Origin: Lobosporangium transversale
Lineage: Eukaryota
Assembly (NCBI RefSeq): GCF_002105155.1
Contig: NW_019028981.1
Coordinates: 434,001-498,000, forward strand
Direction: 5' to 3'
DNA length: 64,000 bases
Part shown: one piece after another, positions 38,501-52,879 of the stretch
Numbering within the stretch: position 1 is the stretch's first letter
How the letters are laid out: every line of letters starts with the position of its first letter
Translations under genes and position numbers: made by a program
Notes under the pieces: model-generated
Told to the model about the DNA's origin: nothing
Seen by the model: the letters and a program-made list of their open reading frames with translations, nothing else
The model's database searches: none

Positions 38501-39411
38501 ATTTTTTCTTTTCTTTTCTTTTCTTTTTTTAGTATTTACGCAGCTGCAGTATTTCACAAGTACGACCCTTTCATCATTCTATCTGGATGTGATTAAGGAC
38601 AGCCTCTACTCTGATGCTGAGCAAAGCATCCAGCGTCGTGCCATTCAAACCGTTCTATTCCATGTAAGCTGCTGCTTCTTACTGCTCCTGCTGTAACGCT
38701 CTTGTCTTTGGTATCCTCTAACATCTTTCAACATTAATTCTCCTTGTATGGGTTATATCCTAGACGTTGAACGCGTTTACAAGGAGTATTGCCCCCTTGG
38801 CGCCACATCTTGGCGAAGAAGTCTATGAGCACTACCGCGATTGTTTCATCACTCCTCAGCCTACTGTATTCCGATCTGGGTGGCTGGATACACCCGAATC
38901 CTGGAATAATGTTCAGCTGAGAGAAGAGTTTTCAGTCCTGAAGCAGCTTCGTACAGAAGCAAACCAACTTCTGGAGCAGGCCCGTACAGCCAAGATCATC
39001 CGCTCTTCATTAGAGGCCACAATGGAGATTCAAGTAAATGAAGCATTCAATGAGACTGAATCCGAAGTATCGTTGCATAAAGACTCAATCAGTAGCATTA
39101 GCAGCATTGTCAACAAGGTGTCGCTCAAGAAGCTTTTGCAGTCATATGAGGATGACTTGAAGAAATTATTTATTATCTCGGACGCCGTTGTTGTACAATT
39201 GCCAGATTCCTTCTCTACATCATCGCTCACACAGACGAGTGCAGAGAACGTGTTCGTGAGGGACGTGTTGATTCCTAGAGTAGGATCTTGCAAGATGGTG
39301 TTGCGCAAGGCAGCGAAGCACAAGTGTCCTCGCTGTTGGACGTTCACTTCTACAGCGGAAGACGCACTCTGTGGACGATGTGAGCCGGTTGTTGCTGCGT
39401 TACAGCAATAG
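35572..39411 (+). CDS. ISM1: Mitochondrial isoleucyl-tRNA synthetase
   Basis: [67 protein letters not shown] and C-terminal CPRCW..CGRC zinc finger. N-terminus resembles a targeting peptide. Confidence 0.95.
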
Positions 39412-40135
39412 TAATGTTGAAATAGGAATATGATGACAGAATGGGATAGAAATGAAATTTTCGTATATATTTTATATTTTTCCTTTACAAAAGAACCTTT
39501 GATCATGTTCTTGGAGTAAAGTCTATATTTTGGCATTTAGTATTACAGTCGGCCTGAGATGTCTTCTAAATGCAGAATTCAAGTTGGTATATTCTTGTGC
39601 CTTCATAATTTTTTTTTGTTATAAGTGCCCAGCACACAAGTGTCAATTCTACATTTATCAAAGCAATATCAGGTCAATTGACAGCAAATGTCGCTAGCAA
39701 TCAAATGGGTGGGATACAGAGTACGGAGTTCATTCAGTCACTCAAAAGCGTCTTATATGCTAGCGATTGGGATCTTTTAGATCAATGTGTTCACAATGCT
39801 ACCACTCAAAGGTTTTCCCAAGACATCCTTATTGAGCATTCGCATTATCGTTTTGATTGCAGCAATCAAATGCATTATTTGTCACTGATTGTCCAACATG
39901 GGTTCTCATGGCCATTTACATGAGCGAACATGGTAGGAGGCTTGCTTCTTCTGCAGGTGTTACTGCCATTGGAGATAGTTGCTTTGGACGTTGCAAAAAG
40001 GGTTGGTACTTGTACGTACACATGTCAGCTGTTGGATTGTGAGGCTCAATCTCCGAGGACAAGAAATTCGTGCTCAGACGAATTCACACACTGACTGATT
40101 GAATTAGCGGAGAAAATCTTATTCCAATTCTCACC

Positions 40136-40528
40136 ATGCTCCGTGTTGCCCGCACAACTGCCATTGTCTTTGCCAGAAATAAAGGATGCAAAGCAATGGC
40201 TCCAGTATTCGGCGCTAGACTTGATTGCCATTCTTCGCGTTTATTCTCTTCGCCGCCTCGATCGCCTCCAACACCAGAGGCAACTACACTTCATGATTTG
40301 GTTTTCACAACAGTTGCAGAAGTCATGCAAATCAATGAGCTGGCAGATAGGGCCCAGATCAACCTTCAAAGTAGCCTCAAATTGGATTTGGGTATGGATG
40401 TTTTCAAAACATATCAATTGCTTGATGAGCTGGAGAAAAAAATCGAATCGCTCGATGTCCCGGTTGAGGCAGTAGACAAGGCACAAACCCTCCAAGATAT
40501 TGTTGACCTCATTACGCCCAAATACTAG
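40136..40528 (+). CDS. Mitochondrial acyl-carrier-protein-like protein lacking the phosphopantetheine Ser
   Basis: Arg-rich presequence. ACP-like SLKLDLGMDVFKTYQLLDELE..DVPVEAVDKAQTLQDIVDLI, with DVFK where DSLD is expected. Confidence 0.7.
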   Translation: MLRVARTTAIVFARNKGCKAMAPVFGARLDCHSSRLFSSPPRSPPTPEATTLHDLVFTTVAEVMQINELADRAQINLQSSLKLDLGMDVFKTYQLLDELEKKIESLDVPVEAVDKAQTLQDIVDLITPKY

Positions 40529-40654
40529 CTAAGAGATTGAACAATCATTGCTTTAACGCCATAATGACTATCCTCTCATTTCCATGTTCGATATCAATGG
40601 CTATAGTAGCATCCATATACAGTTAATAGAGAATTGGTTTTTATTAAAAAAAAA

Positions 40655-41230
40655 TTATGCCAACTGAATCAAGGCTGCGATACCATCTTCTGATCCACTC
40701 TCCTTTGTGAACCAGTATTCCTCGCAATCTTCAAGAGCTACACCAGATTCATAGGTAATGGTCATGAACTGGACGGGCTTCTCAATCACAATCATGGGAT
40801 GGTGCCAGACGTTGGGTTTATAGTTGATGCCAAGTGTGTTGTCACACCTAAAGGCTTCCAATGTGCTCAAAATGGGCTTGTCGTCTGGTCCATTTTCTGC
40901 TGTGACGACGACATAGCTCCCATTACCATCACCTCCCATGGGCATAAACATTTGTGAAGAGTATGGATGGCGCTCCAACAACTTGATTCCGAATTGAGGG
41001 GTGGCGACAGGTTTATAGCACTTGAAGATTGCAATGTTGGCTGTAGCTGAGTCTAACGACTTGTTAGGGTTCGCACTGTCTGTCTTTGGTGGGCGCAAAT
41101 TGACGAACTCGGCAAGATGTGAAAACTTTTGCGCGGTGCCTTTGTTTTTTTAAAAAAAATTAAATAAAATCAATTGCCTCTATAAATATGAAGTGTCCTG
41201 TCCGAATCGTAGATCAGAAGCCAAGAAAGA

Positions 41231-41262
<32 letters not shown>

Positions 41263-41390
41263 CCTTGGTTAACCTGGACTGCATTTGGGTCTGTATCCGG
41301 TAGACGAACGACCTGACCCCAACGAGCAAAGTTCTCGTTAGTAATAGGTTTTGGTTGCACAGTGATGCGTTCAGTGGTTTCGCTGGTCAT
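40655..41390 (-). CDS. DAL3: Ureidoglycolate lyase/hydrolase
   Basis: PITNENFARWGQV, VNQGTAQK, LLERHPYSSQMFMPM, GINYKPNVWHHPM. Two exons. Confidence 0.9.
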
Positions 41391-42127
41391 TGGTATTGCG
41401 GTTTACTTTTTGGAAGTTGGAATTGATAGTGTGGGTTTGTACGGTCCTAAGTCTTTGGTATTTTATGAATAATAGACCGAAGAGACCTAACAGGCGTTTG
41501 CTGATGGAATGAGAACAAAGATGAATGAACAAAAAAAAAAAGAAGAAAGATGCACTAACATTCTCTTCTCTCTTTTATCATTTCTTTTTCAAAAGACGGA
41601 AATTTTAGGACATCGAAAAATGTGGATCGCGGGGATTGTAGGCGGGCAAAAAGTTGAAGACAAAAACTCCATCTAAAACGCAGTTTAGGTCTAATTGCCG
41701 CTAGAAGAGACCCCCTTTGTAAGGAACCAGAGGCTTGACCTAATGGACTTGTCTCGACTTTGTTCTTTTTTCCGTCGAGATCAACGTTTATGATGTATTT
41801 TATTTTTTTTTATTTAGAGTACAAAGAGGGCGAAGCTGGAATGTTAAAACCGAAATGTCCGAGATGTCAAATTAAGGGGCTGACAGGACCAGACAATGAA
41901 TATTGTCAATAGAAATGCCATATCATGATTTTGCAACCATCCCAGAACTTGACCTAGGCGACTTATCATCATCTAGCCAAACAGAGGCAATCTAGAAACC
42001 TACAGCCCCGTGACTCATCCAGTAGGCTCCTTGGTTCGAATAAGAAGTCTTTCTATATTATATACAACTTTAGTGAGTGGCTTGGATCGCGTTCTACTTT
42101 TGTGATTTTGCCACCGCATTTTCAACA

Positions 42128-43369
42128 ATGCTGTTGAACTATCTGAGGTGCTCGTCCTCGTTCATTCATCCGTTCACATTCAACCAATCCAAGAGAATCT
42201 TCATGAGCCAGGCCAAGCGACCACTTGATTCCGCTGGTGATGATGCAAGTGCATCTAAGCGTCTCAATGCCGGAAAATCGGCGTCCTCAGCCCCTACTAA
42301 ACAGACATCCTTGTTAGACTGGGCAATTAAACCTAAGGCCCCTGCAGCGACGATTGCCAGCGATAATACCACGGCTACTACTGATGCATCCTCCAGCACT
42401 GAAACCGAGGAGTCATCATCTGCTTCGTCGTCTAAGCCACGGCCTGATATCCTTCAAGGCCTTCCTGGTGATAAAAAGGCTCTGTTGAAACTTGAGCAAG
42501 AGACTATAGATCCAACATGGCTGCGTGCGCTCCAAAGTGAGTTCACTAAGCCTTACTTCATCGAGGTACGTGATGTTGAGAAGAAATGTTTTAGTTGTCA
42601 CGTTTAAAAAAAAATAAGGAAAATGAACTCATCAATTGTATATATATTTTTATTTTTAATTTAGCTGAAGAAGTTTTTAATGAAAGAGGAGATTAGCGGA
42701 CAGAAGATCTTTCCCCCAAGAGCCGACATTTATAGTTGGTCTAGATTTACTCCTCTGCCTCTTGTGCGCGTTGTGATCTTGGGTCAAGGTTTGTAACTAT
42801 CCTTTTTTTATTTATTTATAACTCAATTGCTTGTCAATGATTCTAAGTATTTTTCCTTTTTGTAATAATTAGATCCATATCACGGAGATGGCCAGGCCCA
42901 TGGACTGTGCTTTAGTGTTAAAAAGCCTGTCCGACCGCCTCCTTCGCTTCTCAACATGTTCAAGCTTCTTGAAAAAGATGTGCCAGGTTTCCAGATCCCT
43001 GATCATGGTTATTTGGAGTCATGGGCCCGTCAAGGAGTGTTGATGGTCAACGCTGCTATGACAGTACGTGCTCACCAGGCTAACTCACATAAAGGGCGAG
43101 GTTGGGAAAAATTGTTGGATGCTGTTATCAAGATAGTCAGTGATCAACGCCGAAATGTAGTGTTCTTAATGTGGGGTAAAGATGCACAGAATCGTGGTAC
43201 ACTTGTGGATAAGAAAAAGCACTTGGTATTGCAGAGTGTTCATCCTTCTCCTCTTAGCGCGCATCGTGGTTTTTTTGACTGCAATCATTTTTCAAAGGCA
43301 AACAAGTATTTAGAGGAACATGGCCAGAAACCCATCAACTGGAACAGCCTTATTGACGACAAATCGTAA
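42128..43369 (+). CDS. UNG1: Uracil-DNA glycosylase
   Basis: [45 protein letters not shown]. Three exons. Confidence 0.95.
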
Positions 43370-43659
43370 AGCGCGAGCTTATAGGACATAAAGTCTGGAT
43401 AATAAAAAGAGTCAAGGATACCCACGTCAAGTGCCATCATCGTGTGAATATGCGTTATGTTTTTAAATAAATGGTGAATAAAACGTGAAAATAAATAACA
43501 AAAAGAGCTCTGAATGTGATGGTCGAATTGCATTGGACAACCTTACATTGCTGGATCTTGCAGCATCTATCTTTTTTTTTTTTTTTTTTTTGCCCTGATC
43601 TCAAGTTTTCCATAATTTGCTCGTCAGTCTCACTGGACATACCGTTGACGTGATATTCA

Positions 43660-44130
43660 TCATGACCTTCTTGAGTACGGAACGCCCTCCATTTCATTGT
43701 CGCTTTGGTCGTCCTCTGAAAAGTCATAGTCATATTCTACAGAAGAATCGTGATGCTCTTCCACCAACACATCCATGTCGATATCATCTCCTGAAAACTC
43801 TTCTTCATCTTTGCTACGATTCCGATGATATCGTCCCCGACTCATGAATGAGGGCCTCATATATGGCGGCGGGACGAACCTTGACAAACCTGCAGCCCTC
43901 ATAGCATCTCTCCCAACGCTTTTATCGAAGAGTAAAGCACACATGAATCAATGACGATACAAGAGTAGGTGACGAAAACATTGCTGAAGAATAAGACCCA
44001 TGCAGAGACAAAATAAAAACGTGCATTACCAAGTGCCACAGCAGATGCACCAGACTAATCCAGACATGGCCAGAGTAAGGCATAGAACCATGAGGGCGTA
44101 TAGCCCCCATGGTGTAGAGGCGTCGTCCAT
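43660..44130 (-). CDS. Small single-pass membrane protein with Cys cluster and acidic tail
   Basis: Exon 1 MDDASTPWGLYALMVLCLTLAMSGLVWCICCGT, then a GT-AG intron and in-frame VGRDAMRAAGLSRF..EEEFSGDDIDMD..RRS stop. Confidence 0.6.
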
Positions 44131-44318
44131 GCTTAGACGTTGGAATGGTGAGTAATAAAGAGAAGCATTAATTAAAGGCGCTTAAAAGGTTAATAGGACA
44201 GAAGCAAAAGGTAAAAAAGCCACCACAACCCCTTTCATAACCGAAGAAGACCGATCCTTCTCATTCCAAAGAATAAATCCTTTCTTTCCTTCCTTCTGCT
44301 GTTGACCTCAAATTCGCC

Positions 44319-45222
44319 ATGCCAGCCATTGCAGAGACAACATGCTATAACCTCTCAAAGTTCAGAGGTACGATAACATACACATATACGCACAAAAAGG
44401 GAGAATTCTTAACAGAAATACAAGCACCAACATCAAAGAGTGTTTAGATTCTAGGATAGTAGGCTATTTGTATCATGAGAGGAAAAGTTGTCGAGAGAAT
44501 TATTGATCTAAGCGTGAAGTAACGGTGGAGCTAACGATCACATCATGTATTTTTGTTATTCTTCTTCTCATGTCACCAATTATCCTTTCAATTGGTCACT
44601 CCTTTTTCTTATAGCGACCATGAAATCATTCCGTGTTTTGGACGACAACATCATGTTGCGCCTGAACGAGACCAATACTCAAACAGAAGCCGCATGTGCA
44701 AGCTTCTTCAACGAATTGGTTGCAGCCTATCAGAAGCGGGATGCTAGCATCAAGTTCTGCTTGGATGTATGTGAAACATAAAGAAAAGAGAAAGAAAAGA
44801 ATAACAGAAAAATCCTGACCCATCGCTTTTTTTTATTTTATTTTTTTTAATTTTTTTTTAATACTTTTCCTCGGTGGAATGGCGGCCAGGTCATGGATAA
44901 GAACATTGCTGCAAAGAAGGAGAAGTTGTACCAGGACCCTGATGACTATACACTCAAGGATAGCATCATGACGGATGAATCCAAGGTAAAGGATCATATT
45001 CGTATTCTCAGCTGAGAAAGGAGACATATATGATAGAAAACCATCAGAGATGCCAACAGCAACACTCTATCTTACTCTATTTATTAGCGTCAAATCATTG
45101 CCAATGAGAGCGTGGTTGAAGATATTGTACGTGGTCGTTCACTAAAGGCATTCCAAGAAAAGTGTGCGCTCTTTGATTTGCCAGAAAACATTCAAGAATT
45201 CCTGGACAAGAGGCATGGATAG
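44319..45222 (+). CDS. MIX23: MIX23/CCDC58 (Cid2-family) mitochondrial intermembrane-space protein
   Basis: Four exons: TCYNLSKFR, FRVLDDNIMLRLN..ACASFF..RDASIKFC, ESVVEDIVRGRSLKAFQEKC. Confidence 0.85.
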
Positions 45223-45507
45223 AAAGGACGCGTAGATTAATATTTTACTTAAAGAAGATACTTTGTATACTGGACCGGATAGATATGGCTTGGAGTATCC
45301 CTGTTGCTCCGTGCTTCAATAAAGGATTCTCCGGCAAAGTATGAAAAAGGAAGAAGGATTCTTTTTTGAATCTGTTCGGATCGCATGTCATTTTTTTAAA
45401 GGCTACAAGCCACTTTGTGGAACATGTAAAATGTCTTTGCCCAATCCGCGTTGCCTTTTTGACAGGCACTTCAAGATTGCAAGGATCGTTTACCATCAAG
45501 GAAACAG

Positions 45508-46989
45508 ATGGATCCTGTGTCCTTTCTTTACATTTCACGCGATGAATGTGCACCGCTGCATATAGACCCTTCATTGTTTGAAACAGTTGGGGAAGGTGTT
45601 GCGCCCAATACATTCACTATCCCTCAACCATCTTTGCAATCTGCCACTCAGCTATGGACCTCTGAACCTCTATTACATCGTCTTGAGTCACTGGTAACAC
45701 AACTGGACCCTACATACGAGGATAAGCCTCATTCTTGTAGAAGGGTCGAGGATGAGTGTATTTGTTTGGGTGCAGCAGCAAAGGCAAAAGGGAATGATAC
45801 AAAGGTATCCTGCTTAAAGAATCATGGTGTCGAGGACTATGTGATAACAGGCGAACGTGATCCTGTGGATCTTCAGATTCGAAATATTGGGAAGAATGGT
45901 GGCAATATCTTGAGCTCTTTACTGAGCAAAGAAAGTGAAAATGATTTCAGTCTCGCATTCGAGCAGAAACGATCGTCATCTCCAATATCATCGCTACTCA
46001 TATCTACTGAACCCTCATGGACATCTATGCTACAAGGACAGGAGGACGGAGAGAATAGTGTTAGTGGATCATCAAACATCGACACGCGTCAGCAACAGGG
46101 TGTACAATCTATGTTTAGTTTACTCTCCCATTTCGCCAGCTCCGAATCCGCAGCAGCAGTGAACTTGGGTTCTGTTAATATCTCTTTGGAGCTTCCATCG
46201 CTGAAGCGACCGAAGAATATTCTCGATGAATTAACGTTTTCAGAGTCCGTCACACGGACGAAGCACGAACCAGGATCCCGCCAGAGTCATAAGAATATAA
46301 AGCCTATCAAAGCGCATTTATCCAAAAAGACTAAGGATGAGAATAATACTCCAAAGGTAGACATTTGGCGTGCTGCAGGGGAAATGAGACTTCAAGATAC
46401 AACCGCTCAAGGGTATCGGGGGCCACCTGTAGATGGAGTTGCATTAAAGGATCCGGCATCTCCCCCTGATAAAGTGTGGTTAACGTGGGATAATTGTTCA
46501 AAAAACGGGCCGAAGATGCCACTTAAAGTACCAGTTACTTCATCCTTTATAACTGAATCCGAACCTCAATTTTTTGAAGCTGTGTATCAAAAGTAAGTAC
46601 TAAACTTTTGCATAAAATCTATCGTTGATTTCCTTGATATCATCTTTTTATTTCACATACTAATACAACTCTCATTAAACCTGGAACACTAATAGACAGC
46701 TAGACTATGCCTTCAAATTCCGACCGTTATCCACAGTTGTTCCCCATGATTTCCTTGTCAATGTAAATACTGAATCGAATTACATGTTTCCTGCAATTTT
46801 TTTTTTCTTCCTTGAATCCAACATCAATATGTTAATACATTTTTTGTGCTTAGTGCATATTTCTTCTGTTGAATGGGACTTCATCATCAATCTTTAACTT
46901 CAATCAGGATACCATGATGTTTGAAATGAAAAATGATGGTTATAGGATTGAGGGTTGTAGTATCTCTAGCATTTCTCAGTAAGGATATG

Positions 46990-47020
<31 letters not shown>

Positions 47021-50000
47021 GAATTGTATGAATCAGAATAGCTCACAACTAAGTCTCGCTTTTGCTTACAGGCCTTCCATTTCATTCATGTCTATGATAG
47101 CCTCCTACAAGATATGATGGTGATTGGCACTCTTATCCGAAGACTAAACAACGTTGTAGACACCTGTATTCATCATCCGGAGTATGTTGATTTTTTTTTT
47201 CCCTTATTTAGATTCAAATTTATAGTGCAATCTCCCTAAATCTTGGCCAAATGATTACGCATGCTCTAGTCGTTCGTTTTTAACATAATCTGACCCACTA
47301 TTTTTTATTTTGTTTATTTTTTGTTCTTATTACTTTATCACCTTATAGAGGATTGAGTTTGACCCGTATCGCTTTCGGCCGCGCGTTATCTTCATATCTT
47401 ACATTCCTCCAAGGAACAATTATGGCGCTACAGCAGACAAATGACGCAAAGAGGATGAACATCTTGGAGCTACATCACAAAATGTATGAAATGAGCGTGG
47501 TTCTAGAGCGACTATCTCACTTTTGTAGATGCGTAAGTTTTTAGGTGTAATCGATTAGTCATTGTCCAAATCGCAATGCCATTCTACCTTCTGTAGGTCA
47601 ACAGAAAAGAAAAAGAAGCTTTATTCATTTTCATTAATATTATTATTTGGAACTGGAAACACTGGTGTGTTAGCATTTAGAACAGGATATCACGGATAAA
47701 TCGATTGGACGCTTCGGATTCTATTTACCATTCGGCGCAGACCTGCTCTCTTTAATCTATAAGGAAATTCTGGAGCAATCAGTTACCGCGGATCCTCTCT
47801 GGATTGCTCTTTTATTAAGCCTGTTGGAACAGGCGAGCAAGCCCTATAGGGATATGCTTAGTCGCTGGTTGGGTACAACGCCATCTGTGCACAGTGAGCA
47901 AGACGACTATGAACAGAGCCAATTCTTGCGACAAATGAGAAATCCCGGACATCAAGGATCTTGGCAGCTAAATGAAGGTGATAAAGCCAACACTAGTCAT
48001 CATGCAGAGGAGCGTGATCGAGCGAGGAGCCGGTTGTCTGTCTTTGATTGCCATCTTCAGCAGTCTTTGCAAGGGCTTGACCCTTTTGGAGAGTTCTTTG
48101 TTCGGAGCAGACACGCTTGGTCATGGGATGGATCTGAGCCAATCATTCTTGCAGACCCATTGGACTTTAACGTCGAATTCTTTATGAGTGACGATGTCTT
48201 ACCTCCGATATTTATGCATGATGCATTAGTAGAACGGGTTCTAGAGGCTGGCAAGGAACTTCAGATTCTAGCAGAGTATGAACCAGAGCATCCGCTTATT
48301 GCGCACAACCGACAATTGAAACAATCGAATAGTGGATTCGAGTGGCTTTATGCTCAAGGAGATATTGCAAAGTAAGCTACATTTCACGCAGTAAGCCATT
48401 GTCTTCCCCCTCCCTCCCCTTTATGACAAGTATCTTGAGGCTGATATGTTATTATTATTTAAAAAAAAAAAAAAAAAAAAAAAAAATAGGCACCATGGGC
48501 AGTTTAGAACTTCAAGCAATAATGTCCTTCGAGCTTTGGCCATGCGACTTGAGGCTCGAGGTTGGTTACGAAGGCCTAAAAACAAAAAGACAAGCGAACA
48601 AAAAGGGAAACAGAGAGCACTATCTTTAGTAAACGACCTCTATACACCATCAAAAGGCGGATTTTCCCCAATGGAACTTGATATACGCCCACCTGGCTCA
48701 CAGAACACTAGAGGAGGTCAGCTGAATGAGATGGGTCTACACCTTGAGTTTAATCCAGATTTACAAGGCTTTTTTTCATTATCACATACTCTTGGGCAAA
48801 CAAAAGACATGTCCTTAACATGTCCAGATATGATGGAGTTTTTACTGGAGCCCTTGGAGGAGCCAACTTCTAGTATGCCTTCCCCACTGTCACTTTGGAC
48901 ACCAGACTATGCTTCACATACAACAACGGCAGCAGGATTTTCCGAGCCTACAGGAGCAAGGAAGCAAGGACTATCATTTAGTGTAAAAAGCACTAGACTC
49001 GAAAACATGGCGCCACTTACGACTTTGGCGAATTGTGTTTTTGGGAAGTCAATTTCAATCCGTACATCTCTGATTAATACCTGTGTATTATCGTTATACT
49101 TTCATGATTTAAACTTACTGGGACACTTTGACACCCTTGGGCGGTTCATGTTGATGCAAGATGGAGTATTTGTTGCAAGGATGGCTCAGGCGCTTTTTGA
49201 TGAGGACACCGGTCTTTTAGCGCGATCAGTCTTAGCTGCTACAGCAGTAGAACCAAAAATACCAGATGAGGATAGGGCGCCAGTAGGCTCAGTAACAGTA
49301 TTGCCGAAGGCGTCCACATCCACATCAAAATCGGAATTGAGAACATCATTAAAATCAACTTGGCCACCGAGAAGTGGTGAGCTGGAGATGACATTGAGAG
49401 CTGTGCTTTTAGATTGCATCCAAACTCAAACAGCTGAGGTACGAAACTTAGGTGACGAAGACAAGTATGACTCTGAAGTATCTGATATGGATATCTGCGA
49501 TGACGATAAAACCTATAGTCCACAGAGACAGCAGCAGCAACAAACACTGTCTTTTCGAAATAAGCTCAAAAAACAAGATATCTCCCGCATCAAAAGAAGT
49601 CTGGATACGCAAGAACTAGAAGAGTCGTTGGCGTTTGCAATCAAAGAGTACAATGATGTCAAAAAGATCCCTCGGAATGTCAATGGTATTTTTTTTTTTT
49701 CTTTTTTATCCTGTATTACTCATTTGAAATCATTGTCCTTTGGTAATATCTTTCTAACGCTTAAGGATATCTTCAAATCGTTACATACTACTATTGTCTA
49801 CCGTCTAATAGCATTAGAGGCACTTGATTTCCTATATCTTGACTACAAAGCTCCGCGACCATTGCGCCTTTTATTCTTGACTCCAGAAACTTTTGACAAG
49901 TACACCCGTCTATTCACTTTCCGACTTCGTTTTGCACGGATTGATGCTACATTGAAGCGAATCTATCAGCAGCTGAGGACTAGGCAAAAGGATATACAAC

Positions 50001-50809
50001 TGTCAGGGTACAACAACAAAGGCACTCACTCTAGTAATAGCACATATGATCACAATGATTACAATCATATTGAGATGAAGATGCTGTATCGATACCGATT
50101 TGAGGCGCAACAGATATTTGATGGAATTCATGGATATATCTCAGACGTAGCGATTGGCGCGACTTGGAAAACATTCATGACGCAACTGGAAAATGTACAG
50201 GAACGCATCGAAGACAGAATTATGAGGAGTGTTGATATTGGTAACGTTGATGGTAGCTCAAGCATGGTGGAAGATGGTGATGGTGATGGTGATGGTGATG
50301 GCTTCTCTCTTGATCCAGCCTGGGATAAAGAAACAGCAGCAGTGCAGTTTACCCTACTTGATAACATGGCCGCCCTACATGACTGTCATGATCATTTCCT
50401 AAACTTAGTACTGCAGAAATCGTTTTTGAAGCGTATTCAGGCTCCAATCCTAAAGCTTGTTCATGGGATCTTGAGCATGGTTCTCAAATTTTCACAGCAT
50501 GTAGATTGCCTCCCCCCTGTGGCGCTAGTGCTGGATGGTGAAGCAAATCAAGATCTGAATCTGGACAGACAAAGAGAGCAATTGGCAAGGATCACAAATT
50601 TGAAGAAAATGCATAGCAAACTGAGGTCACTGTGTACTATGCTGGTCAAAATACTCAAGACCCTAGACGAACGTGGGCTGGATATTGAAGGCAATAGAGG
50701 TGCTCCGGAGCCAGGAAAGAAGAATACTCATGTGGATGGAAACTATTTACAGCAGCTCCTTATGAGACTGGACATGTTTGGATTTCATGAAAATGGACAT
50801 CATGAATAA
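45508..50809 (+). CDS. Gamma-tubulin complex component (Spc97/98 family, GCP6-like)
   Basis: GRIP motifs LLLNGTSSSIF, LEQASKPYRDMLSRWLG, HFDTLGRFMLMQDG, WPPRSGELEMTLRAVL, ALDFLYLDYKAPRPL, YLQQLLMRLD. Multi-exon. Confidence 0.85.
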
Positions 50810-50943
50810 CGTAATATCACAGTTACTAAGGCAAAAATACATTAGCGAGACGAATCACGTCGACCATAGTATGTATAATGTACAATATATTGTTTTTTTC
50901 TTGTATTGATTGTTTTCGGATGTGTATAAGGTTGAAGTATTGG

Positions 50944-52778
50944 TTATTTCTGCATGAGCTCAGCTCCAATTTTAAATGACCCAATTAACGACGAAAGCTG
51001 CAATCTTTCGTTTGCACCTGTAGAAAGCTTGTATCTGTCATGAAAATAAAAAAAAAGGAATACGTTTAAAAAAAACCCGTATTGACAATTTACTTTAATA
51101 TCCATTGCTGTTTGTGATTACTTACTCCACATCGGCCATCTTATCCAAGAGATACACGCGTGAATTGACAGGCATGTCGATCAATTCAAGATAATTGTAA
51201 ACTTCTGTCAAGATATCCTGTAGTGCCATTCCTTTGACCATCTTTAAGTATGAAATATCTATCATTAAAAAGCAGCAAAATAAAAAAATAAAAAAAAGAC
51301 CGTTAGTTTCTTTAACTTCTTTGCAGTACATTAAGATATAATAAAATGTGTATAGAAATCATTTTCCTGGGGAAGGAGATAAACCTTACTTGAATTGGCG
51401 GTGGTGAAATCCTCTGTTAACATGCTGTTGACGATCGCCTCAATATCTGTTGGATGAGGGTTTCCAGTACAATTATAAATCGCATCCTCATTGACGACTT
51501 CATAACCAGCATGACATGCCTGCAAAATATTGAGTGCACGTCTCATATCTCCCTTTGATAATTGCAAAAGCGCCTTTCGACCTTCGGATGTAATTTTTAC
51601 ACTGTGAATTGAAGTTGTAAAAAAAAAAAAGTTAAAAACCAATGTAGCTAGTTACAATTAGAAGCAAATGTTGAAAGGTGATGGCCGTCATACCCTTCGC
51701 TTTGAATAATGAAATCCAGTCTTGAATCAACTTGGCTCAACTCCAAGGGACCAAATCTGAATCTAGTGCATCTGGATTGCAGTGCGGGAATAATTTTGCT
51801 TACATAATTACAAATGATGCAGAACCGGACATTACGGGTGTACTTTTCAACAACTATTTCAATTATTATAGGCATCAAAACAACAACGAAAGAAGTATAG
51901 GATGTTCTTAATTAAAGATGTTGTCTATATTTTCCATTCTTGACATTTTTCCTCTATCAAGTCGTAAATTCTTTTTTTTTATATCAATATAATTGTTATT
52001 CTTAAAGCCTTTTTACCCACTCACCTCGACGAAGAGCGTTCTGAGCTGTCTGAGTCATCATATCGGCCTCATCCAAAATGATCAATTTGAATCCTGAACT
52101 GAAGATTTTTTTTGTACTCGCAAAATTTTTGATCTGCTCGCGTACCACCTCAATTCCACGATCATCTGATGCATTGAGCTAATATCATTTTTATTATTAT
52201 CATTCTTATTATTATGGAAACGTAGTGCTAACATCACGACCTCAAAAGAATCCATAGTATGCTTATAGAAATGTGTATATATATACCTCCATAGTCATGC
52301 TTTTCCACATGGGTCCGTAAAGTTTCCGAGCGCATGCGAGAATTGTGGAGGTCTTTCCAGTTCCTGGAGGTCCATAAAAAAGCATATGTGGTAACCTATT
52401 TTCATCAATGAATCGTTCAACTAGAAGTATCAAAAGAAAGGGAAAAAAAAAATGAGTGTCCAAAGATAACTTTGTAAAAAAGATGAAAAGAAAAGAAAAG
52501 AAACACGTACTAGTTGAAGTGATATCCTTGTGTGAAACGAGGTCATCCAGTGTCACTGGTCTGTATTTCTCAACCCTATTATATATTTTACAACCAAAAT
52601 TAAATATATTTTTCCATTTTTCTTTAATTGACCGATAGACATGTAACGCGTTGTATATTTTTTCTTACCATGGCAACGTGTCATCGGTGGCATTGTTAGA
52701 ATCGACCTGCTTCCCTGTAGAATGAGAACTGGCGTCGAATGTGTCGAACGCATCAGCCATGACCTGGTCTTCATCCAT
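50944..52778 (-). CDS. RFC3: Replication factor C small subunit (yeast Rfc3 / human RFC5)
   Basis: [63 protein letters not shown]. Confidence 0.93.
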
Positions 52779-52879
52779 GGTAGAAATGGTTCCTATGGAG
52801 TTAAGGAAACAATAAAAAAAAAAACTTTTGTCGTTTTAAGTAATGAGAGTAAAAGCCACCGCCACCATTTTCACTCTAT

